Both the position numbers and the translations under genes were made by a program. Shown in pieces: positions 44,997-54,536 of a stretch of DNA of 64,000 nt (its first letter is position 1; every line of letters begins with the position of its first letter). The DNA lies in IMG/VR virus record IMGVR_UViG_3300050120_000115, positions 1-64,000 of that record, one strand, 5' to 3'. The DNA comes from a virus. The notes beneath the pieces were generated by a model that was given only the letters and a program-made list of their open reading frames with translations, had not been told where the DNA came from and made no database searches.

Positions 44997-46403
44997 ATGT
45001 CTATAGATAGTGTAAATAACTTTGTTACAACTCTAGTGGAAACACCACCATCTCCGTTCATCTCTGGAACGTCAATGTTCGTTAGAACAGGTGATGGTGC
45101 CCTGATGCCAACACCTCCGTTCAACCTAACGGTGTCACCCCCTGGTGTGGCCGCTAATGCATATAATGCTGAAATAGTTAGGGTTACCGCTATATCTGGT
45201 GACCAGATTACCAACATGACCAGAGGTGTGGAAAGTTCTATAATTCAGAATATACAGGCTGGATGGACGGTAAATCAAAGTATTACCGCTGGACTTATTG
45301 CAGAAATCGAAGCAGCAATTGCTGCTGGTGGAGGCGGTGGGGGCGGTGGCGGAGGTGCTGTATCTAGCGTATTCGGCAGAACTGGAGCAGTGATACAGAC
45401 CATCGGTGATTACGGTGTCGGTCAAGTTACGGGAGCTGCCCCATCGGCATCTCCTTCGCTCACCGGAACGCCCACTGCGCCCACTGCGCCTGCGTTGACT
45501 AACAGCACACAGATATCTACAACCGCATACACCGATGCAGCAGTTTCTGTAGAAAAAGCACGAGCAATAGCCGTAGAGGTAGGATTCGTCTCGTCTGCTT
45601 CTCCAGCTTTGACGGGAACACCTACGGCCCCAACTAATAGTACGGTTACGGATTCTACCACACAGATAGCTACAGATGCTTTTGTTCAGGCCGCAGTTAC
45701 TAATGGAGTAACTGGCGGTCCATCTATATTTACAGCGAGCGGAACATGGACACCATCAACGACCGGTCAGCAATTGTTCATGGCTACTGTTGTCGGGGGG
45801 GGTGGAGGAAGTGGGGTCGCGTCTACTACCTATGGCGCTGGTGGCGGGGGGGGCGGAGAAGTATTAGCTAACTTCTACCTAGGACACGTAACCACATCTC
45901 AAACTATTACTATAGGGGCCGGTGGAACCCCTGGTAATTCTGGTGGTAATACTACCATAGGTTCCTTAGCTACTGCTAAGGGTGGTTTCGCTGGCTCTAC
46001 ACAGAATGGTGGCCCTGGGGGTGCTTGTCCTCAGGCATATAATTCAACCAGCCCTGGGGCCGGTGGACAGGGGTCTTCAAGTACTAATGGTTCATTTGGA
46101 TACAGTGGCCTATTCAGATTTGGCTCTGGTGGTGGTGGTGGTGGATTTCATGCTTCCACCGGAGGGGTAGGTGGTGGACCACTGGGTGCTACCTACGGCG
46201 CTGGGGTAACTGGCGCTGGTGGCGGAGGTGGATCTGGAGACGCAGGTTCTGCTGGGGGTGCCGGGGTCGGTACTGTTGGCGGTGCGGGTGGATCAGCTTT
46301 GGCCAATAGTGGCTCTGGCGGTGGTGGCGGAGGAGCGGGAACGACCCCTGGAGCCGGTGGAAATGGTGGTTCTGGATATATAATCGTTTGGCAGGTTGCA
46401 TAG
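44997..46403 (+). CDS. glycine-rich tail fibre protein
   Basis: VSSVFGRTGAV, SP.LTGTPTAPT x2, TQIAT.AFV, FTASGTWTP...GGGG...GGSG.IIV. Confidence 0.85.
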   Translation: MSIDSVNNFVTTLVETPPSPFISGTSMFVRTGDGALMPTPPFNLTVSPPGVAANAYNAEIVRVTAISGDQITNMTRGVESSIIQNIQAGWTVNQSITAGLIAEIEAAIAAGGGGGGGGGGAVSSVFGRTGAVIQTIGDYGVGQVTGAAPSASPSLTGTPTAPTAPALTNSTQISTTAYTDAAVSVEKARAIAVEVGFVSSASPALTGTPTAPTNSTVTDSTTQIATDAFVQAAVTNGVTGGPSIFTASGTWTPSTTGQQLFMATVVGGGGGSGVASTTYGAGGGGGGEVLANFYLGHVTTSQTITIGAGGTPGNSGGNTTIGSLATAKGGFAGSTQNGGPGGACPQAYNSTSPGAGGQGSSSTNGSFGYSGLFRFGSGGGGGGFHASTGGVGGGPLGATYGAGVTGAGGGGGSGDAGSAGGAGVGTVGGAGGSALANSGSGGGGGGAGTTPGAGGNGGSGYIIVWQVA

Positions 46404-47083
46404 TGGGACTTTTATTAGAAAAGTTACCTACCAGTGGGGTAACGGGACCATGGCATCTCATCTTTGACGAAGAGTTTAATGGGTCATCTCTCAACACTAA
46501 TCGATGGACCCCATACTGGTTTAGCAATGGAAATGTTGTCAACAATGTTAACTGTTACTCTGCCAATGTATCTGTTACTCCTGCTCACGGCCTGGAGCTA
46601 TTATTAGCTGGTGCTAACAGTGGATCGGTGGTAAGCTCCAATCCTAGTACCAATCCGGTCGGCTTTCAGTTCACCTATGGATACGTAGAGTCTCAGATAA
46701 CCTTCCCTAATAATAATGACTGGTCTGCAGGATGGATATTGGGGAACCCTTATCCAAGTGGTGAATTTGACTATGCGGAAACAGATATACCAAATGAACT
46801 TACTGTAGGTAACTACCATTATGGAACCGGTGACGGCACAGCCGTTAACGACCCATCTCCAATATCTGGAGCCTTAGGAGTAAGTCACGTATTCGGTCTT
46901 GACTGGCAACCCAACCAGGCAAATTTTTATTATGATGGAACGCTCCACCATTCCATTACCGGATCAATTATTGTCAGCACTCCTCAGTACCTAATCTTCA
47001 ACCACGGGGCAACATCATCAAGTGATGCTTCGGGGGCTGGATCAAAAGTTACCGTTAGATACGTTAGGGTTTGGCAACACTAG
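46403..47083 (+). CDS. GH16 glycoside hydrolase
   Basis: W.LIFDEEFNG.SLN..RW, FTYGYVE, GEFDYAE (ExDxxE), H.FGLDW.P...FYYDG. Confidence 0.85.
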   Translation: MGLLLEKLPTSGVTGPWHLIFDEEFNGSSLNTNRWTPYWFSNGNVVNNVNCYSANVSVTPAHGLELLLAGANSGSVVSSNPSTNPVGFQFTYGYVESQITFPNNNDWSAGWILGNPYPSGEFDYAETDIPNELTVGNYHYGTGDGTAVNDPSPISGALGVSHVFGLDWQPNQANFYYDGTLHHSITGSIIVSTPQYLIFNHGATSSSDASGAGSKVTVRYVRVWQH

Positions 47084-48438
47084 TGACAATAGGTACTGGG
47101 TATTATGGTGAAGGATATTTTGGTGGTACGGACCTTTCGTACATAATCCCGTCTTCCCCCGCGCCCGGATTACCGTCTAGTTACACTACTAATCAGATTT
47201 ATTCAGCAATGCCTCAGTTCGTCCAGGACCAGGACGCTGCACTGGGTTACCCGTTCTATTACTATTTATACGGAGTCTGTCAGTCACTAGACAAACTTGA
47301 CAATCTAATGTTTGATAACGTTGGTGCTGGTATCACCGTTATGCCGACCTCTATTTCGGGAACTCAAATAACACCAGGTAAAATTTCTTTACCAGTTGCG
47401 ATTTCTGATTATGTGATAAATGTTTTCAATACTGATAGTACTTGGAATCAGATAAATACCACGTCCAACTTCACCGTTAGAATAGAAAACGAAATCATAC
47501 TTGTCTCTGGTGGAGCTTATAATTGGACACTTCCAAGTCTACAATTATATGTCGTACAGCGTGGGTACGAAAATACTTCTGCAGCTATTCACGCTGCTAG
47601 CTCTGGGGCTAACGGGACCACTGATCTTGTCAATTACGCTGGAGCTGTCGGTTGGTCACAAATCTTGGACATCAATCGTTGTCCTTCATACGCCCTTCCG
47701 TGGCTCGCACAATTTATTGGGTCGGGGATACCTCAAAATACGACGCTAACGTATCAACAGATGATACAGAAGATGCAGGCTCGCTCAGGATTTCAGAGAG
47801 CAACGGTGTCCTCTATCATTGCAGAGATGGTGGCGGTTATTAATGCGCAGTCTGGTTCTATGTCTCCTATTTCCGCCGCGCAAATTATTGTACTCGAAAA
47901 CACTGGTGTTCTAGCATCTCGTGGCGCTAATCTAAATGCCGCAATCGCTACGACTGGTGCCACCTCTATGGTGCTGACCAACACAGATTCCTCTTGGGGA
48001 GATCTGGGAAGTAATGGAAGTTTCGTGGTGCAGATTGATGGCGAAAAGATTCTAGTACCTCAAGGTCTGTATAACTGGCTTTCGGCCCCGGTAACCATAA
48101 CTGGAATAACAAGAGGCTATGGTGGGACTGGTGCAGCCACTCACACAGTAGGTACTCAAGTCACTCTCGCTGGTGGTAATGACATTTATGGATTCAATGA
48201 GTACGCCATGACAATACTGATCCCGTCATCGTACTACGACCTGTATACATACACCGGTCTAGTAGCAGCAGCGGGTGGCGCGGGAACCTATACGGCAGTC
48301 AATACCTTCATCGGGACACTCGGTGGAATCTACGGAGATCTGTCGGGCTCCTCTCTTCCATCATCAAGTTCTAATTTTGTTAACTTTCTATATCGTTACA
48401 GACCCGCAGGTCTTCAATGCTTCGTTGGTGGTTACTAG
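47071..48438 (+). CDS. baseplate wedge / P2 gpI-like protein
   Basis: MPQFV..QD, CP..ALPWLAQFIG, C-terminal RPAG. Confidence 0.7.
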   Translation: MATLVTIGTGYYGEGYFGGTDLSYIIPSSPAPGLPSSYTTNQIYSAMPQFVQDQDAALGYPFYYYLYGVCQSLDKLDNLMFDNVGAGITVMPTSISGTQITPGKISLPVAISDYVINVFNTDSTWNQINTTSNFTVRIENEIILVSGGAYNWTLPSLQLYVVQRGYENTSAAIHAASSGANGTTDLVNYAGAVGWSQILDINRCPSYALPWLAQFIGSGIPQNTTLTYQQMIQKMQARSGFQRATVSSIIAEMVAVINAQSGSMSPISAAQIIVLENTGVLASRGANLNAAIATTGATSMVLTNTDSSWGDLGSNGSFVVQIDGEKILVPQGLYNWLSAPVTITGITRGYGGTGAATHTVGTQVTLAGGNDIYGFNEYAMTILIPSSYYDLYTYTGLVAAAGGAGTYTAVNTFIGTLGGIYGDLSGSSLPSSSSNFVNFLYRYRPAGLQCFVGGY

Positions 48439-48458
48439 TGGAAATTAAGGAATACTAA

Positions 48459-49169
48459 ATGGCCTCGGGCTCTACTTCAAGACTACACGTACCCTATCCG
48501 GTTAATGCGGACACCGCTAACATCGCGTCCGACATGGAAGCGATTGCTAACTATATTGATGGAAACCTCATTCCATACTACCAGGGAGCTACGTTCGTTG
48601 GAACTCCAGTAAGCGGAAACTTCTGGTGGAACACTACTGCGGGAACTTCGTATGGACTCAATTATTACGATGGCTCATCGTGGCATTCTGTTAGTGCTGT
48701 ATCTACTTCCTTTTCTGGAACTGCGGCGAACCGCTCCTCAATTGTCCCCTCCCCCGTTCTTGGAAATTTCTACTGGGCAACTGACACTACCGTTCTTTCT
48801 TTTTACACCGGGGCAGGGTGGGTAGTAGTAGGAAGCACCACGGTAAATGGACAAGACATTGCTATCTCTACCATCAACACCTGGCAGTCAGTAGCAACCT
48901 TAACTCCTGCAGCTAATGGACTCTATCAAGTAATCGCGTGTTTTGATGTGAACTCAGGCACACCCACCGTAGGGGTGCAGGTACTCTACGCAGACGCAAA
49001 CGGCGCGCAGACACTATCAATAGCCCCAACTGGTTCTGCACTCAGCGCTGGAGGGTGGTCGTCATTGACGGCGCTCATTTCTGCACATACCGGAACGTCC
49101 ATTTCACTTCAGGTACAAGCATCGACAACGAGCAACATCACGGCTAGCGGATTTATAGAGGCGGTATAA
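48459..49169 (+). CDS. minor tail / fibre protein
   Basis: T.RL..PYP...D N-terminus typical of actinophage fibres. Confidence 0.65.
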   Translation: MASGSTSRLHVPYPVNADTANIASDMEAIANYIDGNLIPYYQGATFVGTPVSGNFWWNTTAGTSYGLNYYDGSSWHSVSAVSTSFSGTAANRSSIVPSPVLGNFYWATDTTVLSFYTGAGWVVVGSTTVNGQDIAISTINTWQSVATLTPAANGLYQVIACFDVNSGTPTVGVQVLYADANGAQTLSIAPTGSALSAGGWSSLTALISAHTGTSISLQVQASTTSNITASGFIEAV

Positions 49170-49570
49170 TGAGCGGCGGAATAATTCTTCCAGAACCCTC
49201 TGTAGTGGCCTTAATAACATCCGGTGGGACCATCGAAGGCCCTGGTGGACTCTCTGGAATTTTCAACGGTGCGATAACAATGTCAGTGGCCAGCACTTGG
49301 TACCAATTATCGTCGGCTTCACTTACTCCCGGAACTTATCTAGTCTTGTTCAGCGGAGTGGTCAGTCCTAACTATTTGTTGTCAATGACACTATCGCTGA
49401 CTAGTGCAGCATCATCGAGTTCGTGGTCAGTTACATCCATAGGATACGCGAACGTAGCAATCGTAAAGGTTGTAACCACCACAACTATCTATATGAATGG
49501 CTCCATCTCTTCCATTGCCTCTGGCGCAGGGGCTGGGTATGGAACTATTATCGCTACATGTATTCTCTAA
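49169..49570 (+). CDS. small beta-rich tail protein
   Basis: LTPGTYLV; coupled to the previous gene. Confidence 0.55.
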   Translation: MSGGIILPEPSVVALITSGGTIEGPGGLSGIFNGAITMSVASTWYQLSSASLTPGTYLVLFSGVVSPNYLLSMTLSLTSAASSSSWSVTSIGYANVAIVKVVTTTTIYMNGSISSIASGAGAGYGTIIATCIL

Positions 49571-49579
49571 AGGAAAACA

Positions 49580-50338
49580 ATGACAACTCAAGATAGCCGA
49601 CCGGCTCAACTAGCGTGGCTCAAGTGGGCCGCTGCTAACCCTCACCTATTCATCTATTCTGAGGGTGCCAATCGCATGTCCGCCATTGGCGTATGGCCAT
49701 TAAGCTTTCCGATCACCGCCGACTGCTCAGGATTCGATACATGGATTCCGTGGGTTGCTGGAGGAAATGATCCGAACGGACTCGGGTTCGACCACCAGGG
49801 GTTCACGGGAACTCTTTTGTCACATGAAGAACACCTAGCACTATGGATGCGTAATTCTAAAAACCAATTAGTTGAAGACGTTATTCCGGGAGATTTAGTT
49901 GTTTATGGCCCCGGTACAGGGGAACACGTCGCGATGATCGTTGAAGTTCACAACAATGATATCTTAACAATAAGCTTTGGTGACAGTCAAGGACCTATAT
50001 ATACTTGGGTAAATCCACCTACTACCGTTTCTTCTCGTGGCTACGAAAGCGATGGACGCCAGCCTCAAACGTACCTAGCTAATGTCACTGAGACTACGCG
50101 CCCACTTCGTACTCCTGCTGACTTGTTTGCTAATCCAACAGCCAAGGAACTCGCAGTGGCTGGTCTCGTTTATCTTACCGGTCCCCCCGAAGCGAAGATT
50201 GCCCAGGGCAACAAGTGGCCTATCTATTATTTCTACGACGGAAAGTTTTATATTGTGCATCCCAATATGCCTGTTGGCACCGAAGAATACGCATCGAAGA
50301 ATTACAAAACTCCAAATCATGCAGTAAGTGAGGAGTAA
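49580..50338 (+). CDS. NlpC/P60-like cell wall endopeptidase (putative endolysin)
   Basis: DCSGF...PGDLVVYG...HVAMI. Confidence 0.75.
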   Translation: MTTQDSRPAQLAWLKWAAANPHLFIYSEGANRMSAIGVWPLSFPITADCSGFDTWIPWVAGGNDPNGLGFDHQGFTGTLLSHEEHLALWMRNSKNQLVEDVIPGDLVVYGPGTGEHVAMIVEVHNNDILTISFGDSQGPIYTWVNPPTTVSSRGYESDGRQPQTYLANVTETTRPLRTPADLFANPTAKELAVAGLVYLTGPPEAKIAQGNKWPIYYFYDGKFYIVHPNMPVGTEEYASKNYKTPNHAVSEE

Positions 50339-50908
50339 ATGCTCATGCTTATCCACTTATTCGGCGGTTCGTATACAGCCTTAAATTATGTAGCAGACCT
50401 TATTACGGTGCTTGGTGCATTCTATGCAGGATACAGATTTTTCGAAAGCCGCCAGATCAAACGCCAAGAGAAGAAAGACAAAAAAGAAAAAGAAGAACTT
50501 ATCGCTACTGTAAACACAGTAGTAGATGCTAGCGTCATCAAACTAATGACTAGCGTAGATTCCCTCGTTGAAAAAAGCGTCAAAGAAGAGCTGGCTGAAG
50601 TTAACGACAAGATTAAAAATCATGGTGAGATGTTACATCGCGTTGAACACGAAGTTACTTTTAATGACGGATCAAGTATGAAAGACTCTCAAAAGCGAAC
50701 CGAAGCGTTGCTTAATAAGATGGCCATTGCCGTTGATGCTGTTCATGATACCCAAATTCGCCGCGAGCAAGATCAAAAAGCTCAATCAGAAACTCTTGAA
50801 AAGATTGATAAACGAGGTGAGGCTAACGCCAATGCTATTAACAGGGTTTCTAATACCCTGGCTGGTCACCTTGGTGCCCACGAAGGGCTTCCGGGGGAAA
50901 ACAACTAG
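50339..50908 (+). CDS. membrane-anchored coiled-coil protein (lysis cassette)
   Basis: N-terminal TM; EV..N.GSSMKD motif as in actinophage post-lysin genes. Confidence 0.6.
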   Translation: MLMLIHLFGGSYTALNYVADLITVLGAFYAGYRFFESRQIKRQEKKDKKEKEELIATVNTVVDASVIKLMTSVDSLVEKSVKEELAEVNDKIKNHGEMLHRVEHEVTFNDGSSMKDSQKRTEALLNKMAIAVDAVHDTQIRREQDQKAQSETLEKIDKRGEANANAINRVSNTLAGHLGAHEGLPGENN

Positions 50909-51264
50909 TGACTTTTCTCTTGCTGGCCTGTGTGGCCGCGCTTGCTATGGTGGTTCAAGACATCTTGGGCATCGTTCTTCTTCTTGCCGCCACTCGAAAT
51001 CGTGGCTCACTCGCGGGGATAATGGATAGCCTTCAGTGGTTAGTTGGAATCACCACTACTACCATTTCTGTTTCGGTTTTACAAGGTCATTCTCTATATG
51101 AGAAAGCCGTCGTAATAGTTTTAGTAACCCTCGCCAACTTTTTTGGGACGGTATGGGGAGAGAAATTGGGAACGCACTTTGTCAAAGACAAGGGGCGACG
51201 CACCCACGAAGAACGCCTAAAAGCCTTAGAGATGTACGTAGAGAATAATAACCATAGTGGATAG
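50908..51264 (+). CDS. three-TM membrane protein (holin candidate)
   Basis: hydrophobic segments, charged C-terminus. Confidence 0.55.
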   Translation: MTFLLLACVAALAMVVQDILGIVLLLAATRNRGSLAGIMDSLQWLVGITTTTISVSVLQGHSLYEKAVVIVLVTLANFFGTVWGEKLGTHFVKDKGRRTHEERLKALEMYVENNNHSG

Positions 51265-51271
51265 AGGGATA

Positions 51272-52012
51272 ATGACCGAACTGTTAGATGGACGTAAGGC
51301 TGGTAAGCTGGGTAAGCTACCTGGACAGCAACTTCTGACCACCACCCTACGCGACTATATGAAGGGTGGCCTTCCTACTGCTCCCGCATCAGTTGACTAC
51401 GGTCCTCGTGTTTCTAACTACCCCATGGCAGACAATGATAGACTTGGCTGCTGCACGTACTCTGGAATTATCCATCTTCTTCAGCTGCAGTATGCTGAAA
51501 TTGGAGAAGAGTTTACTTATCCGGGAGATGAAGAAGTACAAGTAGAATACTTTGCCGAGACCGGTGGGCAAGATAGCGGCTGTGTAGAGACTTCTGTTCT
51601 TCAAAAATGGTCAGGGCCTGGACTCTTTGGAACCAAGGCTGCTGCATGGGTGCCGATCAATGTTCGTGATAAGAATGAGATGCAGGCTGCTATCTATCTA
51701 TTCGGTGGAGTTTACCTTGGTGTAGAATTACCACAGAGTGCTGAATCTCAGTTCGAGGCTCAACAGCCGTGGCATCTCACGATCCCCCGTGGAAAACCAG
51801 TCGGCGGTCATTGTATTGTTGGGTCAGGATACAACCGTGAAGGTATAGACATCATCACATGGGGCAAAGAAACAACCATGACATGGGACTGGTGGGAATA
51901 CTACGGTTCGGAAGCATACGCTGTCATTCCTCAAGTATTTGTTGAGGCCGACCACGGCCCCGTCTACCGAATTGCCATTGACCAACTACAGGCTGATTTG
52001 AAACTTCTCTAA
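51272..52012 (+). CDS. papain-like (C1-related) cysteine peptidase
   Basis: P.SVDY...ND.LGCC...GGHCI...ITWG. Confidence 0.75.
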   Translation: MTELLDGRKAGKLGKLPGQQLLTTTLRDYMKGGLPTAPASVDYGPRVSNYPMADNDRLGCCTYSGIIHLLQLQYAEIGEEFTYPGDEEVQVEYFAETGGQDSGCVETSVLQKWSGPGLFGTKAAAWVPINVRDKNEMQAAIYLFGGVYLGVELPQSAESQFEAQQPWHLTIPRGKPVGGHCIVGSGYNREGIDIITWGKETTMTWDWWEYYGSEAYAVIPQVFVEADHGPVYRIAIDQLQADLKLL

Positions 52013-52539
52013 TGTACCAGCCTAAGCCGGGGGATCTAGTTTTAGCAAGAACAGCTACTCTCTATGGAAAAATGATTCGAGCTGCACAAGCTCTTCGATG
52101 GTGGCAAGGACGCGACTGGAATCACGCAGCCATAGTCGTCAAGGTTGATACAGATGGAACAGTATGGTGTCTCCAAATGACGAAGAATTGTAACCTAGTT
52201 AAAATAGAAGATGTTGCCAAAAATGGACACGTAAAAATAGTTCCGATCCCTGCAGACTTAGATGCAGATCGTGCTGTGGCATATGCTTATCTTCAGCTAG
52301 GTATTGATTACGGAGTGGGAACGATAGTAAGTGTTGCCGTTAATCTTGCCCTACCCCGATTCTTAAATTTCGACTTTACACGCCCCGGAACCCTAATTTG
52401 TTCTGGGCTTGTAGCAAGAAGTTGGGAACACGGTGGATGGAACTGCCCCGTTGACCCGTTTCAAATTACACCTGGTCAATTCGACCAAATTATGGGCGGC
52501 GGAGGAATCCCCGTCTACTATCCCCTTCATAAAGGATAA
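52012..52539 (+). CDS. permuted papain-like NlpC/P60 (YiiX/YebB-like)
   Basis: PGDLVL...WNHAAI...LG.DY...ICSGLVA...ITP. Confidence 0.8.
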   Translation: MYQPKPGDLVLARTATLYGKMIRAAQALRWWQGRDWNHAAIVVKVDTDGTVWCLQMTKNCNLVKIEDVAKNGHVKIVPIPADLDADRAVAYAYLQLGIDYGVGTIVSVAVNLALPRFLNFDFTRPGTLICSGLVARSWEHGGWNCPVDPFQITPGQFDQIMGGGGIPVYYPLHKG

Positions 52540-52541
52540 AC

Positions 52542-53183
52542 ATGACTGCTTTCGATCCCCTAAACCCCAAGTACCCAACACAGGTGCTGTACGACCCTAT
52601 CAATAATCAGTTCGTCTATTGGAACGGCCAGCAGAACGTTGTGGCACCTATCAATGTACAGGCGGCTCAGTCGGCTTTGACTGTTTCCAGCACTAGCGGA
52701 ACCTACGGAACCGTACTTACCCTGGCTACTAGCGGTGGAACCACCAGTGGAACCGTTACGTATGTGCTCAATAACGCTGGATCAGCGAACGCGAGTATTA
52801 CTGGAAGTGGTACCACCTTAACGGCCACTACCGCAGGAACCTGCACCATTACGGCTACCATGGCTGGAGATACCGACCATATTGCGGTTAGTTCTGCTCC
52901 CACAACCGTAACCTTTGCTAAGGCTTCACAAGGTGCGCTCACACTCACCAGCACAACTGGCGTCCACGGTACTCCTCTCACCTTAACTTCTAGCGGCGGT
53001 AGCGGAACTGGTGCGGTTACTTACGCCATTACATCTGCCGGAACTGCAGGTGCAACTTTGAGCAACGGGGGAACGAAGCTTAACGGAGCAACTGCCGGAA
53101 CCTGCACAGTTACCGCAACCAAAGCAGCTGACATTGACTACACTACGGTTAGCTCTACTGCTACGACTGTGACATTCTCATAG
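52542..53183 (+). CDS. protein with two Ig-like repeats
   Basis: duplicated Q.ALT..ST.G..GT.LTL..SGG...G.VTY...AGTCT.TAT.A.D...SS..TTVTF. Confidence 0.75.
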   Translation: MTAFDPLNPKYPTQVLYDPINNQFVYWNGQQNVVAPINVQAAQSALTVSSTSGTYGTVLTLATSGGTTSGTVTYVLNNAGSANASITGSGTTLTATTAGTCTITATMAGDTDHIAVSSAPTTVTFAKASQGALTLTSTTGVHGTPLTLTSSGGSGTGAVTYAITSAGTAGATLSNGGTKLNGATAGTCTVTATKAADIDYTTVSSTATTVTFS

Positions 53184-53620
53184 TGACGGACGTTACCCCA
53201 GCACACGACCAGGCATTCTCACATAGCTACTTAGTCCATTATCCCGCTCACCCGCCGCGAAAAAGTGACCCTCACTATAGGGACTTTGAAGCCTATCGCA
53301 AGTCCCATGTGAAGACTGCTAAATGTGCCATTGGTGAGCATCGTAATGATTACTCCGAATGTCAGGGTGGTCTAGAATTGCACCACGCGCACGTCGAGTT
53401 CAGCCTCCAGAACGGTGTAGACCTGAAATGGCTAGAGGTGGACTATCCAGGCATATCTGATCCCAATACGGTTGGATCTTGGGTAGAATCTGGAGAAAAT
53501 CTTATTTTCTTATGTGAGGGCCATCATCGCGGGGCGGGCGGAGTACATAATGCAAGTGCCTCAGACTATGAAGCTGAAAAGTATGTACGATCCCTCATTT
53601 CTCCTAAACCAAAAAACTAA
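53183..53620 (+). CDS. HNH-like His/Cys-rich protein
   Basis: C..G....C...LELHH...NL..LC..HH....GVH. Confidence 0.6.
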   Translation: MTDVTPAHDQAFSHSYLVHYPAHPPRKSDPHYRDFEAYRKSHVKTAKCAIGEHRNDYSECQGGLELHHAHVEFSLQNGVDLKWLEVDYPGISDPNTVGSWVESGENLIFLCEGHHRGAGGVHNASASDYEAEKYVRSLISPKPKN

Positions 53621-53770
53621 CTGCCCGTATGCGGTTTTTCCAGAGTGCCCTTTGTGTAGCGGGGAGATGGCTGCCGAACATGCACACTATAGATGTAAAA
53701 AATGTGGCTGGCGCGACGCGTGTTGCCAATAGTTTGTTGCGCCGAAGCGTAGATAAAGGGAACACGACAA

Positions 53771-54199
53771 ATGGAAATCTATAACATCAACGTTACGGTA
53801 GCCTATGGCCAGCCAACAGACATCCCTCCCTACGTTAACTTCAGTGTCGTACCAGCTAACAGCGTCATTAAGGTGGCTCTGGCACTACCGTTTCAGTCTC
53901 TCGCTGGAGTAGTTGTTGACCCTGATGTTGTTACGATAGGGTTCATTCCTCCCGGCGTAGCGAATTCGGCACCCCCAACTCCGGTTACCTTCGTCTACAC
54001 TAATGGTCAGTCGCCTCCAGATCCTACGTATACCGTGGTCAGGGATTCCGCTGGGAACTACCATGCCCAGTTTGACATTACTTCCTATCCTACCGGATCT
54101 TGGAAGGTTTTCATTTCCGGCGCGCCAGGTACCAGCGGACTTGACACCACTAAAACTAAAATCTATTATGATCAGGGATTTATAGTTTCTGCATACTAG
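53771..54199 (+). CDS. Ig-like virion accessory protein
   Basis: VDPD.V...RDSAG.YH...G.W beta-sandwich pattern. Confidence 0.5.
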   Translation: MEIYNINVTVAYGQPTDIPPYVNFSVVPANSVIKVALALPFQSLAGVVVDPDVVTIGFIPPGVANSAPPTPVTFVYTNGQSPPDPTYTVVRDSAGNYHAQFDITSYPTGSWKVFISGAPGTSGLDTTKTKIYYDQGFIVSAY

Positions 54200-54217
54200 A
54201 ATTAATAAAGAAAAGAC

Positions 54218-54246
54218 TTGATTAATCCTCACTTTTGTGCTACACT
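54218..54246 (+). promoter_or_regulatory. promoter
   Basis: TTGATT-N17-TACACT with TGn; GGAGGTGAGG RBS downstream. Confidence 0.7.
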
Positions 54247-54272
54247 GGTAGTCGGAGGTGAGGATTTTGTCT

Positions 54273-54536
54273 ATGTCGGACCTAAGCGCGTTCAAGGCCA
54301 TAGAGCCTGATACTAAATGTACCATCGGACGATTGCCATTCACTGATGAGCAAAGAATCATATTTGATCTAGTGATGGAAGCCGACCGCTTTGAGTTCCC
54401 AGCGGCACGAATCATTGAGGTTATGAATGACGACTGGGGATTAGAGGTAGGCGTAACTACCCTCAAGCAGCACCGCCGTAAGAAATGCGCATGTTTTAAG
54501 GGCAATCCAGCCCCAAATCAGGAGAAAAATGACTAA
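54273..54536 (+). CDS. small HTH-like protein upstream of metallophosphoesterase
   Basis: C...HRR.KC.C pattern. Confidence 0.65.
   Translation: MSDLSAFKAIEPDTKCTIGRLPFTDEQRIIFDLVMEADRFEFPAARIIEVMNDDWGLEVGVTTLKQHRRKKCACFKGNPAPNQEKND

Noticed and set aside
44997-49570. Diversity-generating retroelement targeting tail fibres
   Set aside because: No reverse transcriptase and no adenine-variant TR/VR pair seen in this window
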